The notes: generated from the sequence alone by a model not told the origin. A stretch of 64,000 nt of DNA from an uncultured Gammaproteobacteria bacterium (GCA_964566225.1 CAZMHV010000001.1:149963-213962); one strand, 5' to 3'; shown: positions 49,681 through 59,008, counted from the stretch's first letter. Numbers and translations: made by a program.

Positions 49681-50367
49681 ATGCCTTTCATTCTTATCAA
49701 CAAAGAAGCTGGGTGGACCAGTCATGACGTGGTTGGATATTTGCGCAAAGTCACCCGCCTCAAAAAAATTGGCCATGCCGGAACCCTGGACCCATTTGCT
49801 ACGGGTTTGCTTATTGTTGGCATTGGACGGGACGCTACCAAGCGCCTCGATGAATTTAAAAATAAAAAAAAGACGTATGAGGCCACGGTGCATTTGGGAG
49901 CAGTGAGTGATACCTATGATAGCACCGGAATTATAACCCCTACTGGGGCAAATATAAAAAGTATTCAAAAAGAACAAATTGAGCTGTTACTAGCACAATT
50001 TTTTGGTACTCAAGAGCAAATTCCACCTATGTACTCTGCCAAAAAAGTAGGTGGTGAAAAATTGTATGACCTGGCAAGAAAAGGTATAGAAATAGAGCGC
50101 AAACCCCATACTATTACCATCGAGAGTATTCGCCTTGGAGAAATCAAGGACAATGAATTTACTCTACAAGTGACCTGCTCGCCTGGGACCTATATTCGTA
50201 CCCTAGTGCATGATATTGGAAGTAAACTTGGCGTAGGCGCCTACTGTGAGACGCTCAAACGAACAGCCATTGGTGAATTTTTGGTTGAGAGTGCCCATGA
50301 AGTAAAAACCCTCACCCGTGAAAATTGGGAGACCGTGTGCTTTGACCTGCCCACCTTGTCCCCATGA
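49681..50367 (+). CDS. truB: tRNA pseudouridine(55) synthase
   Basis: GHAGTLDPFATG, PPMYSAKK and CSPGTYIR. Confidence 0.97.
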   Translation: MPFILINKEAGWTSHDVVGYLRKVTRLKKIGHAGTLDPFATGLLIVGIGRDATKRLDEFKNKKKTYEATVHLGAVSDTYDSTGIITPTGANIKSIQKEQIELLLAQFFGTQEQIPPMYSAKKVGGEKLYDLARKGIEIERKPHTITIESIRLGEIKDNEFTLQVTCSPGTYIRTLVHDIGSKLGVGAYCETLKRTAIGEFLVESAHEVKTLTRENWETVCFDLPTLSP

Positions 50368-50480
50368 CAAGACTTGACAGAGGTGGTATTATAGGATATA
50401 TTTGGCTATCTTTCCGCAATTCTGCGGCGAGATCTGGCTCTGTGCCAGAATCCTTAAAACCAACTCTGTGGTAGGTGAAT

Positions 50481-51068
50481 ATGGACCACCCTGTCGACAT
50501 CATGTTCGACAATCCTCGGGTGGACAAGTTCACCCGTGATTTATTTGTCGATCTTGCGATCGACCTCGGACTCGGCTTGTCTGAGCCAGACATTGAATTG
50601 ACCACCCTGGTGGTGAAGCAATTCATGAATGGTTTGTACACGCTCCTGTGTGAGTGGGAGGCTGGAACCGGGAGAACTGACAACCCGTACGCTTTGCTGC
50701 TCCTGCTGAACGAAATGGCAACGTTTCCCATGCGAGAGGACTGGAAAGCGCGCACACGGCAGCAGTTCGAATGCTTCCAGTTTCAACTGAGGCACCGATT
50801 CGAGCAAGAACCATGGGCCAAACGTCAGTCACCGCAGGATCCGACCATCCGAGAAGTCCAACCTGCTCGGTGGTGGAAGATCATGACCGGCACCGGCATG
50901 ATCTTGTTTCACAGGTTCCTCGTGAGAGACCTGAGGAAACGCGACCTGCACATTCGACGTGGGATACGTACGGTCGCACGAGCGAACCGAGCCAAGCGCA
51001 TGCCCATGGCTACGGCCACAGCCGAAACTGATGCTACGTCCGACGACGAGCACAAGCGTTCGGCCTGA
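50481..51068 (+). CDS. Hypothetical protein, GC-rich islet
   Basis: TTGACA(50374)-17-TATATT, SD-like GGTAGGTG, G/C-ending codons, hairpins and terminator at 51089-51182. Confidence 0.7.
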   Translation: MDHPVDIMFDNPRVDKFTRDLFVDLAIDLGLGLSEPDIELTTLVVKQFMNGLYTLLCEWEAGTGRTDNPYALLLLLNEMATFPMREDWKARTRQQFECFQFQLRHRFEQEPWAKRQSPQDPTIREVQPARWWKIMTGTGMILFHRFLVRDLRKRDLHIRRGIRTVARANRAKRMPMATATAETDATSDDEHKRSA

Positions 51069-51451
51069 GCTACCCTACAGAGGAAATCACGTGGTGGTTG
51101 TAGAATCGTATTCTCTCCACCACGTTCCCCTGCCCTTTGGTATCAAACATGTTTGGTAACAGTGGGCAGGGTTTTGTATTTTGCAAAACAAAAAAAGAAT
51201 GTTATACTTTTTTTGTTTTGATTCTGAAACTCCGTAAATAAAACCTTTGTTCTTTACTTATAATCAACTTGAATAGAGTGAATGTTTGATGGGTAAAAAA
51301 ATAATTTTTCAATTTTCAAGAATTATTTTTCAACCCGTCAACGTTTCTCTGTTCCCCGAAAATCACCGGGGTCGTTGACTAGCCACTGTTTCAAAAAGGC
51401 AATTTCTGCCTTGCGAGACTTTGCCGATAATACGGAGAAGGGGTAAGGGTC

Positions 51452-51907
51452 TTGAAGAAACTTTTTGACCTGATCGAGGCGTTTCAAAGGCTCCTCCTGG
51501 CTCGGATCGCCGAGTACAACCTGGGCAGTCCCCCTGCCCTCTCGAGCGACCAACTGGCTACCCTGCTGGAACTCTTCAGCAAGCTCGACCGCTACGACGC
51601 GGCGTCCCTCGCCATGAGGCACACTGGCGCCAAGGCGGGCAACCGCCTCTATGAGGCGAAGCGCGAGCAGTTCTGTCTCGCCCTCCCCGAGGAGCTGCGC
51701 CCGTTCTTCGTCGAGGCGCAGACGATGGGGCGTGTCATCGCCGAGGCAGGGTGCTACACCCTGAATGACGCTCGTTGGTGGGATCCCCCACAGGTTCCGC
51801 TGCAACGGCGAGTCTTGGCGGTGCGACCGCTGCCAAGTGTCGACACTGCGTCGGAGACAGTCCGGCGAGCAATGCTCTCCCCTCGAACCGCGCGCATCGG
51901 GCCGTAG
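51452..51907 (+). CDS. Hypothetical protein, GC-rich islet
   Basis: GGAGAAGGGG upstream of TTG; strong GC3 in this frame (line 51601-60 is 41/60 GC). Confidence 0.7.
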   Translation: MKKLFDLIEAFQRLLLARIAEYNLGSPPALSSDQLATLLELFSKLDRYDAASLAMRHTGAKAGNRLYEAKREQFCLALPEELRPFFVEAQTMGRVIAEAGCYTLNDARWWDPPQVPLQRRVLAVRPLPSVDTASETVRRAMLSPRTARIGP

Positions 51908-51960
51908 ACCTCCCAGGTCTCCGGCTTGTATCTTTTGGCGCACGAACGTTTCGTGCGCCA

Positions 51961-52010
51961 GTCCTGATTTTTTTTATCACACTCTGTGGTAGAAAAAATC
52001 AGGACTTTTT
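51961..52010. terminator. Long hairpin between convergent genes
   Basis: GTCCTGATTTTTT...AAAAAATCAGGAC followed by TTTTT. Confidence 0.75.
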
Positions 52011-53362
52011 TATTTTCGAGAAATTTTTCTTTGTTTGCGTTGAAACGTAATAGCAAAGCGATGTGCTTCGTCACGAGTACGAATGAGAATTTCTTGATGT
52101 TCGTTCACCCAGTTCACAAAATTTCTTCTGGCTTCCAAAACATCTCGCGCCACTTGCTCAGAGTTTTCAAAGAGTGAACGTGCAAAAGTAAACTCATTTT
52201 TTTTACGATCTGGGCCTTTGGCAATACCCACGAGTGGAATAAAAATGTGAAGTTCTTGGAGAACGTGGTCCACACGATTGACTTGTGGTTTACCACCATC
52301 AATGAGGAGCACATCTGGAAATGGCCACTCAGGATGATTGAACCTTCGGCGCATTACTTCTTCAAGACAGTCAACATCACTTTGACCTTCGACTGTTTTT
52401 ATTTTAAATTTTCGATATTCAGATTTTACTGGTCCGGCACTATCTGATACAACCATACTTGCTACCTTACCAGTGGTACCGAGATTAGAAATATCATAGC
52501 CTTCAATACGACGAACACGATACTCAGTTTCGTCAGTCGTAGAAATTTGTCCTGGCAAACTTACGTCAGAAACCATTTCACGATTGATGAGTGTCACATC
52601 TTGGATATGATACAGTGACTGCAGTATATCTCGCACTCTCCCTGCTTCTTCAAAATTTTCTTCTTTGGCCGAGCGTGTCATTTTCTTTTCAAGTTCTTGA
52701 ATCAGTTTTTTCTTTTCACCTTTCAAAAACATGATGAGTGGACGAATGACTTTTGCTTTGTATTCTGCTGGAGAAATTGCACGCACACAAACACCCAAAC
52801 ACTGCCCCATTTGATAATACAAACACGGACGCTTTTGATCGGGCACACAGGATGAAAAGTGAAAAATTTGTCTGAGTATTTTGAGCGCTGCTGCAGTGTT
52901 GAGTCCAGGGTAAGGACCAAACACATATTGAAATTGTTTCAAATCCATTTCATCTTTTTCATCAAATTTTTTTCCTTGTTTTTCGGCTTTTTTGCGCAAT
53001 TCAAATTCGTGCTGACGCATGGTTTTGATATGTGGGTATTCGTCTTTGGTTATGACAATGTAATTCCAACTTCGATTGTCCTTGCCAAGCACATTGTATT
53101 TGGGCAAGTACGCTTTGATGGTGTTGGCTTCCAAAATAACTGCTTCGAGCACTGAATCGGTAACTTTGTATTTGATACTCACCACTTCGTGCATCATGGC
53201 CTCAATAGGACGAGTCACTTTTTTGATACGAAAATAACTCCGCACACGGTTGATGAGCGAAGTCGCTTTGCCAACATACACCAGCTCCTTTTGATTATTG
53301 TAAAACAAATAAATTCCAGGAGAGTCGGGTAAATGGAGTTGTTCAAATTGTTCTTTGGTCAT
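52010..53362 (-). CDS. uvrC: UvrC-like excinuclease, short form without the C-terminal HhH
   Basis: GIY-YIG (PGIY...YVGKA), UVR domain (FEEAGRVRD), EGYDIS, IDGGKPQ and RDEAHRFA. Confidence 0.92.
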   Translation of the reverse strand: MTKEQFEQLHLPDSPGIYLFYNNQKELVYVGKATSLINRVRSYFRIKKVTRPIEAMMHEVVSIKYKVTDSVLEAVILEANTIKAYLPKYNVLGKDNRSWNYIVITKDEYPHIKTMRQHEFELRKKAEKQGKKFDEKDEMDLKQFQYVFGPYPGLNTAAALKILRQIFHFSSCVPDQKRPCLYYQMGQCLGVCVRAISPAEYKAKVIRPLIMFLKGEKKKLIQELEKKMTRSAKEENFEEAGRVRDILQSLYHIQDVTLINREMVSDVSLPGQISTTDETEYRVRRIEGYDISNLGTTGKVASMVVSDSAGPVKSEYRKFKIKTVEGQSDVDCLEEVMRRRFNHPEWPFPDVLLIDGGKPQVNRVDHVLQELHIFIPLVGIAKGPDRKKNEFTFARSLFENSEQVARDVLEARRNFVNWVNEHQEILIRTRDEAHRFAITFQRKQRKISRK

Positions 53363-53446
53363 ACGCTATATAATAGCACAAAATTTTAAACTTATCCACA
53401 TGCCAAAATTGACAAGAGTATAAAAAATTGCATAAAGTATGCTCAT

Positions 53447-53524
53447 ATGATGAAAAAAGTACAGAGATTTTTTGACCTGTCACCGTTTTCACCGTTTCGT
53501 CCGGATATTCTTTTTTATAGGTAA
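53447..53524 (+). promoter_or_regulatory. Possible 25-aa leader peptide followed by a terminator before the response regulator
   Basis: MMKKVQRFFDLSPFSPFRPDILFYR*, then ACGCCCA-CGTT-TGGGCGT-TTTTT. Confidence 0.35.
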
Positions 53525-53569
53525 ACTGTACGCCCACGTTTGGGCGTTTTTTATTTTTTATTTTCGCGT

Positions 53570-54244
53570 ATGCGGATACTCATTATTGAAGACCAAATAG
53601 AAATCCTCGACTTTTTGAAAATGAATTTGGAAGCAAACTGTTTTGTGGTAGATACGGTGACCGACGGACGACAAGGTGCCCGACTCGCCTGTGCCTTTAA
53701 TTATGATTTGATTGTACTTGATAACCACTTACCTTCAAAAAAGGGCATTGATATTTGCACCGAAATCCGTGAAGCAGGCAGGAGAACCCCCATTTTGATG
53801 CTGTCTGTAGAATCTGACGTGGTCAAAAAAGTTCAAGTACTTGAAAAAGGTGCTGATGATTACATGACCAAACCATTTGCTTTTGAAGAACTTCTCGCTC
53901 GAATACGAGCACTTATTCGTAGGCCGTCGCACATGATTCACGAAACCTATCAACTTGAAGATTTAGTTGTTAACTTTAGCACACTCCAAGTAACCCGTGG
54001 TCAAACCGTGTTACGTCTCACCAAAAAAGAATTTATGATCTTACAACAGCTTATACGCAATCGTGGTGAGGTTGTTTCTCGCGTATCACTCATGGAGCAT
54101 GTATGGGACGTACAAGGAGATTTGTTTTCCAATACCATTGAGACCCACATGGCGACACTGCGCAAAAAAATTGATGCCAAATTTGATAAAAAACTTATCC
54201 ACACGGTATCAGGGAGAGGTTACAAAATAGCGGCTTACCTATAG
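53570..54244 (+). CDS. OmpR-family response regulator
   Basis: RILIIED, phosphoacceptor VLD, GADDYMTKPF, and wHTH ending HTVSGRGY. Confidence 0.95.
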   Translation: MRILIIEDQIEILDFLKMNLEANCFVVDTVTDGRQGARLACAFNYDLIVLDNHLPSKKGIDICTEIREAGRRTPILMLSVESDVVKKVQVLEKGADDYMTKPFAFEELLARIRALIRRPSHMIHETYQLEDLVVNFSTLQVTRGQTVLRLTKKEFMILQQLIRNRGEVVSRVSLMEHVWDVQGDLFSNTIETHMATLRKKIDAKFDKKLIHTVSGRGYKIAAYL

Positions 54245-54345
54245 TTTTTCTCTCTTTTTAGCCCCATTTTTGTGACCGTGAGACTTTATGAAAACTTTAT
54301 CTCCACTTTGCTATACTACACAGGAGTTACTCTTGACCCCTCTCT

Positions 54346-54972
54346 ATGAGCGAAACATCTTTGAAAGAAATGGAAACACTTTCTTCCAACCTTTTTCACA
54401 ATATTCTCAATCCACTCACCGTCCTTTCGCTTCAAATTGACGATCAGTTTCGTCGTGGTCCCAACATGCAACGACAGATCGACGCAATGATTCACCACAT
54501 AACACATTTGGAATACTTTGTTTCACTCTTGTGTGAAAACATTACCCCCACTTCTTTTGAAAAAAAATTTTCTGTCAACGAAGAAATTGAGTCCGCATTG
54601 GAGATAACTTCATACCGAGCCAAAAAAAATAATATTCAAGTGTTGTCCCTCCTGCTCCAAGAAACTTCGTTGCAAGGAAACCAACTCCAATTTCATAAAC
54701 TTTTGCTTGATCTCATGAGTATTTTTATGAACGAAGCGAAGTTAGAAGAAAATTTTGATATTGAAGTTGTGCATGAAAAAAAAATTGAAATTTTACTGGA
54801 AAAACGAAAAAGAAATAGTGTCCTCATATTTTCGGTAACTGGTATACCTGTGCACGAAGAAACACTGCAAGACTTACGTCAGCTGTTTGAATATGCCTTT
54901 GATATGAAAGGTGAAGTATTTGTACGTGGAACCCGAGCAGAGATAACCTTACGGTTTAGTTCCGAAAAATAA
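54346..54972 (+). CDS. Degenerate sensorless histidine-kinase-like protein
   Basis: H-box-like FHNILNPLT; HATPase-like remainder without recognisable N/G boxes; follows the response regulator. Confidence 0.65.
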   Translation: MSETSLKEMETLSSNLFHNILNPLTVLSLQIDDQFRRGPNMQRQIDAMIHHITHLEYFVSLLCENITPTSFEKKFSVNEEIESALEITSYRAKKNNIQVLSLLLQETSLQGNQLQFHKLLLDLMSIFMNEAKLEENFDIEVVHEKKIEILLEKRKRNSVLIFSVTGIPVHEETLQDLRQLFEYAFDMKGEVFVRGTRAEITLRFSSEK

Positions 54973-54981
54973 TACCAGTAG

Positions 54982-55686
54982 TTATTTGAGATGCAAATAG
55001 TACTTTCTTTTGAGAGGAGAAAATTTTTCAATAGCATAGCGAAGCATCGTACGAGGCATTTTGTGAGCATGTTTATCCAAAAATGCTTCTTCGATCACTT
55101 GGTCACGCTTGCCAACTTCCCGCAGCATCCAGCCTACGGCTTTGTGTATGAGATCGTGTTTGTCGTGGAGTAAAATTGTGGCAATGTCAAATGTAGGTTG
55201 AAATTTATTTTTGCGAATAAATGCAGCCGTGGCAACTATGGCAATGCGTCTTTCCCACAAATTTTGAGAATGTGCCAGTGTGGTCAAAATACTCACGTCT
55301 TTATCGAGAAGGTATTCACCCACGATTTTGTGTGCCGAAGTATCTACCAAGTCCCAGTTGTTGATGTGTTTGGTGTTTTGCAAATAAAAATTATATACTT
55401 TTTCTTTTTGTATTTCCGTACCCTTTTCAAATTGGTGGACCAAAATAATCAGCGCGATAAGACGTGATTCGTGTACTGGTGAATCCAAAAGTTTTTTTAT
55501 TTCATCAAAAGCAAGGGTGAAAAACTCTTTGGCAATTTTACGCGACTGTGGCACGGTGATGCCATAAAATACATCACCCTCACCATATTGCCCTTTGCCA
55601 GTTTTAAAAAAGCCACTGAGTAATTTGGCTTTGATTGGATCTTTGTGTGCAGTAAGTTTTTGGTGAACGTCTTTTGAGTGTAACAT
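54982..55686 (-). CDS. AlkD-family DNA alkylation repair protein
   Basis: FFKTGKGQYGEGD, NNWDLVD, WERR and KAVGWMLRE. Confidence 0.92.
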   Translation of the reverse strand: MLHSKDVHQKLTAHKDPIKAKLLSGFFKTGKGQYGEGDVFYGITVPQSRKIAKEFFTLAFDEIKKLLDSPVHESRLIALIILVHQFEKGTEIQKEKVYNFYLQNTKHINNWDLVDTSAHKIVGEYLLDKDVSILTTLAHSQNLWERRIAIVATAAFIRKNKFQPTFDIATILLHDKHDLIHKAVGWMLREVGKRDQVIEEAFLDKHAHKMPRTMLRYAIEKFSPLKRKYYLHLK

Positions 55687-55705
55687 ATTTTGTAATCAAG
55701 TTCGC

Positions 55706-56173
55706 TTAGGGTTGCAAAAGATATACCACCAAAAGTGCCACACTCCCCCACCATCCAATGTCTGAAACAATCAAACTCAGTGCAATTTTGGTTTGCCACA
55801 CAGCAGGCAATAATTCTTTTTGTTTTCCTTTTTTTTCTCGCTCAAGCATGTAGGGGCTCACCACAAACGACAGAAAACAACCATTGAGTATCAGCAGCAC
55901 CCCAAGCAAAGCATGCAGGGCGGGAATTCCCCAAAAGGGTTGTTGTCGATACAAAAATATTCCTCCAATGGTAGCAAGTATAATGCCTACCCAAATCATG
56001 GGTTTGGTCACTTTGTGTGTGCGAGTGGTTGCTTCTGTCCAATAGGCAGATTTTCGTCCCAAAAATCCGTGTATATCAATAACGGTGACCGCACCAAGTC
56101 CAATAATGAACCCTGCAATAAACGAAAAAAGCCCAATAAAATCCAATACATTAATTGAGAGACCAAATAGCAT
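55706..56173 (-). CDS. Conserved-looking 4-TM membrane protein
   Basis: Four hydrophobic segments and IGLGAVTVID; start uncertain. Confidence 0.7.
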   Translation of the reverse strand: MLFGLSINVLDFIGLFSFIAGFIIGLGAVTVIDIHGFLGRKSAYWTEATTRTHKVTKPMIWVGIILATIGGIFLYRQQPFWGIPALHALLGVLLILNGCFLSFVVSPYMLEREKKGKQKELLPAVWQTKIALSLIVSDIGWWGSVALLVVYLLQP

Positions 56174-56666
56174 AATTGAGGTAACTAGCAAAACTCACCC
56201 AGAGTAAATATGGAATAAGTAAATACGCTGCGACTCGAGAGATTCTGTAAAACGAAAGCATGGTCGCCACAATAGCAAGCCACAAAGCAGCAATTTCAAG
56301 CAAAGCAAGTCCAGGACTTTGGAGACCAAAAAATAAAATTGACCACAGTGTGTTGAGAAATAACTGAAACAGAAACAGGGCCAGCGCCATGGTAATGTGG
56401 TTGTGCATGCCTGTAAACTTATAAATTTGTTTGCGAATACCAGACCCAGGCAAACGGCGCCATACCAAAAAAGCTGCGACGCCCATGAGAATAAACAGCA
56501 GTGTCCACACAGGACCAAATACCCATGAAGGTGGATTGAGTGCGGGTTTTTCAAGAGCTGCATACCAGGTAGGAATGCGAGACGAAGTAAACAGTGCTCC
56601 AATGCCTCCAGCGAGCTGTGGCAAAAGTAGTGAAACAAAAAGTTTGATGGGGTGTTTGATGGTCAT
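56151..56666 (-). CDS. tspO: TspO/MBR family protein
   Basis: WYAALEKP..NPPSWVFGPVW, LNTLWS.LFFG and PYLLWVSFA. Confidence 0.93.
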   Translation of the reverse strand: MTIKHPIKLFVSLLLPQLAGGIGALFTSSRIPTWYAALEKPALNPPSWVFGPVWTLLFILMGVAAFLVWRRLPGSGIRKQIYKFTGMHNHITMALALFLFQLFLNTLWSILFFGLQSPGLALLEIAALWLAIVATMLSFYRISRVAAYLLIPYLLWVSFASYLNYAIWSLN

Positions 56667-56706
56667 ATGTAGAGAATTGTATCACAAATAGCACTGGTGG
56701 TGAATG

Positions 56707-57819
56707 TTATTTGGTTTGTTCACTCAGATCACTCTTTTGATCCACTGACTCCACCACAAAACTCATGCGGCCCAGCACCTGTCCATTTGCGGTTTTTACA
56801 TACACGCGCCACTTGCCTGCAGGAACATTATTTTTGAACGAAAATCCACGGAATCCTTGACTGCGTCCACCCGTGAGCACAAACGACAAATCACTTTTGT
56901 TTACCCACTCTTTTTTGGTTTCATCAAAATATTTCCACTCATGAATAATTTTGGTTTGAAGTTTGCCTGGTGCAAAAATAGCGGTGTACACATACACACT
57001 TTCGCCGCTACTTTTGTGAAATACTTCAGTTTGAAATAATTTTTGCCACCAGGTGCGAGGTTCTACGCTCACCGTATAGCCACTCGCATTTTTTTCAATG
57101 CTGTGCGCCAGTGACATTTCACGAATAGAAAGTGGAATAGGTGGAATGAGTTTGGCAAAATACAGTGCGTTCAAAAAGACAAAAAGTGTGAGAATGGTTG
57201 AAGCCACTCGAATGCGAAATTTTTGGATATCTTTGTTGGCAAACATGAGCAGCTCAGCAAAGCCAAACATAAACACCAAACTTGAAACTCCAGCGATAAC
57301 AAATACTTTGGCGGACAAAGACTGCGTAGCAAAAGCAACAAAAATAGTTGACAGGGTAAACAAAATAAAATAGTACACGCCCAGTTGTATGGTGATGCGT
57401 GAATAGTATTTTTTGAATACGTCGTTGGAAACCATGAGCAGCACCAATAATGCCAAGAGGAGCCAACTCACAAAAAATGTTCCACTAAAAAAGTAAAAAA
57501 TAAATACGCCACTAAGGAGCGCTCCATAGGTGAGCTGCACTACCAATGGTGAAAGCAGCCGCAGGTACTCAAATGCTCGGTAGTGAGGCAAACGGTGGGC
57601 ATCGTAGGCTTGCATCCACACCAGTGTGCCACTCGCAATGGCAAAGTAAATGCCGAGCAAAATAAACGTGGAAGTAATGTTGATGTTTTGAAATGTAAAC
57701 GCATCAAGCAGCACACCAAAAACAAGCGTGGCCGGCATAAGCACACGCTCGTATTTTTGATACCAGTGTTTTATTTTTTGAAAACGAAGAAGTGAGGTGA
57801 GGTGGTGAAGAATTGGCAC
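56707..57819 (-). CDS. DUF2914-containing multi-TM protein
   Basis: About 8 TMs, PPIPL, YTAIFAP, GGR..GFRG and GKWRV. GTG start inferred. Confidence 0.8.
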   Translation of the reverse strand: MPILHHLTSLLRFQKIKHWYQKYERVLMPATLVFGVLLDAFTFQNINITSTFILLGIYFAIASGTLVWMQAYDAHRLPHYRAFEYLRLLSPLVVQLTYGALLSGVFIFYFFSGTFFVSWLLLALLVLLMVSNDVFKKYYSRITIQLGVYYFILFTLSTIFVAFATQSLSAKVFVIAGVSSLVFMFGFAELLMFANKDIQKFRIRVASTILTLFVFLNALYFAKLIPPIPLSIREMSLAHSIEKNASGYTVSVEPRTWWQKLFQTEVFHKSSGESVYVYTAIFAPGKLQTKIIHEWKYFDETKKEWVNKSDLSFVLTGGRSQGFRGFSFKNNVPAGKWRVYVKTANGQVLGRMSFVVESVDQKSDLSEQTK

Positions 57820-58015
57820 AGGGTGGAAATAAATATGTGTGTAGTGTAGCAAAAAAGTTGTTTTGTGGCAAAACAAAAACACACCATTCCCTTCTCCTCC
57901 GCAAGACATTGAATGCATCAATATATTGCGGCGTTGCGGGAATGATGTGTTGTTTGTTTCCCCACGAACGTGAACAGGATGTTCATGTTCGTGCGCCTGG
58001 GCGCGTGGTGTTGGC

Positions 58016-58867
58016 TTAGGCGGCCGAGGCCACCTGCTCCTGATAGCCGAGCACCAGCGCGCTGAAGCGATCGTAGGCCAGGCGGCCCGCTTCGGTGACC
58101 TCGTCGTGCGAGAGCTCGGCGCCGGTGATGCCGGCCGCCATGTTGGTCATGAGCGACACACCGGCCACACGCAGACCACACCAGTTGGCCGCGATGGCCT
58201 CGGGCACGGTCGACATGCCCACGGCATCAGCCCCGAGGACGCGGAGCATCCGAATCTCGGCAGGGGTCTCGTAGTTGGGCCCCTTGAACGCGGCGTAAAC
58301 ACCCTGCTGGAGTTCCCCCACTCCACACTTGCTGGCCGCTTGCATGAGCATCAGCTCACCGTGACGGTACAGATTGCTCTGCCCGGGGAAACGCGGTCCG
58401 AGCTTGTTGTTGTTCGGCCCGACCAGGGGGTTCTCGCCCGTGAGGTTGAGGTGATCCACGATGGCCATGAGGTCACCACGCTTCCAATCCACCCGGATGC
58501 ACCCGGCGGCGTTGGTGAGCAGGATGTCGTTGACACCCATCTCCTTGGCCAAAAGCACCGACTGCACCACCTGCTGGGCCGTGTAGCCCTCGTTGAGGTG
58601 CAGACGACCCGCGAACGCGATGGTGGGCACGCCACTGAGCATACCCATGAACACCTTGCGGTCGTGGCCCTCGACCTCGGTGTTGATGAACGGCCACAGG
58701 GTGCGGAAGTCCACCACCAGCGCCCCCTGGTCGAACTTCTCGACCAGCTTGCCGAGGCCGCTCCCGAGCACGAGCGCGACCTTGGGGCCGGTCCAGCCAT
58801 TGGGCTTTTTCCAGGCCGCGAGACGGGGCAAGAGCACAGACATCACAGTCGAATCGAGTCGAAGCAT
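58016..58867 (-). CDS. Purine nucleoside phosphorylase, trimeric type (PunA/XapA family); very GC-rich
   Basis: VLGSGLG, GRLHLNEG, TNAAG, GPNYETPAE, DAVGMST and TNMAAG; SD AAGGAG. Confidence 0.95.
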   Translation of the reverse strand: MLRLDSTVMSVLLPRLAAWKKPNGWTGPKVALVLGSGLGKLVEKFDQGALVVDFRTLWPFINTEVEGHDRKVFMGMLSGVPTIAFAGRLHLNEGYTAQQVVQSVLLAKEMGVNDILLTNAAGCIRVDWKRGDLMAIVDHLNLTGENPLVGPNNNKLGPRFPGQSNLYRHGELMLMQAASKCGVGELQQGVYAAFKGPNYETPAEIRMLRVLGADAVGMSTVPEAIAANWCGLRVAGVSLMTNMAAGITGAELSHDEVTEAGRLAYDRFSALVLGYQEQVASAA

Positions 58868-58967
58868 CGCAGCTTCTCCTTTGCGGTAAAGCCCAGTACA
58901 CATTGACTGGGACGGTTGTGGCCGGATACTACCCTTTTTTAAAAAAATTTGCAAGGGGCCAAGCACA

Positions 58968-58996
58968 AAAAATCACCTCTTGTAAGGTGATTTTAT
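58968..58996 (-). terminator. Terminator after the DUF1697 gene
   Basis: AAAATCACCT-CTTGTA-AGGTGATTTT. Confidence 0.7.
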
Positions 58997-59008
58997 TTTT
59001 ATTCTTTT

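Noticed and set aside
51338-51943. 201-aa - strand ORF opposite the 51452 gene
   Set aside because: The GC3 pattern, upstream purine-rich SD and downstream terminator favour the + strand frame.
51937-57997. Shared 11-mer GGCGCACGAAC in two islet trailers (51937-47 + and 57997-87 -)
   Set aside because: Not seen in the other islets; one 11-mer match between GC-rich hairpins can be chance.
58106-58906. 266-aa + strand ORF and other overlapping frames across the PNP gene
   Set aside because: Antisense shadows caused by extreme GC3; the - strand frame has all the PNP motifs.
58868-58925. Purine riboswitch upstream of PNP
   Set aside because: The leader is too short and lacks the three-way junction consensus.
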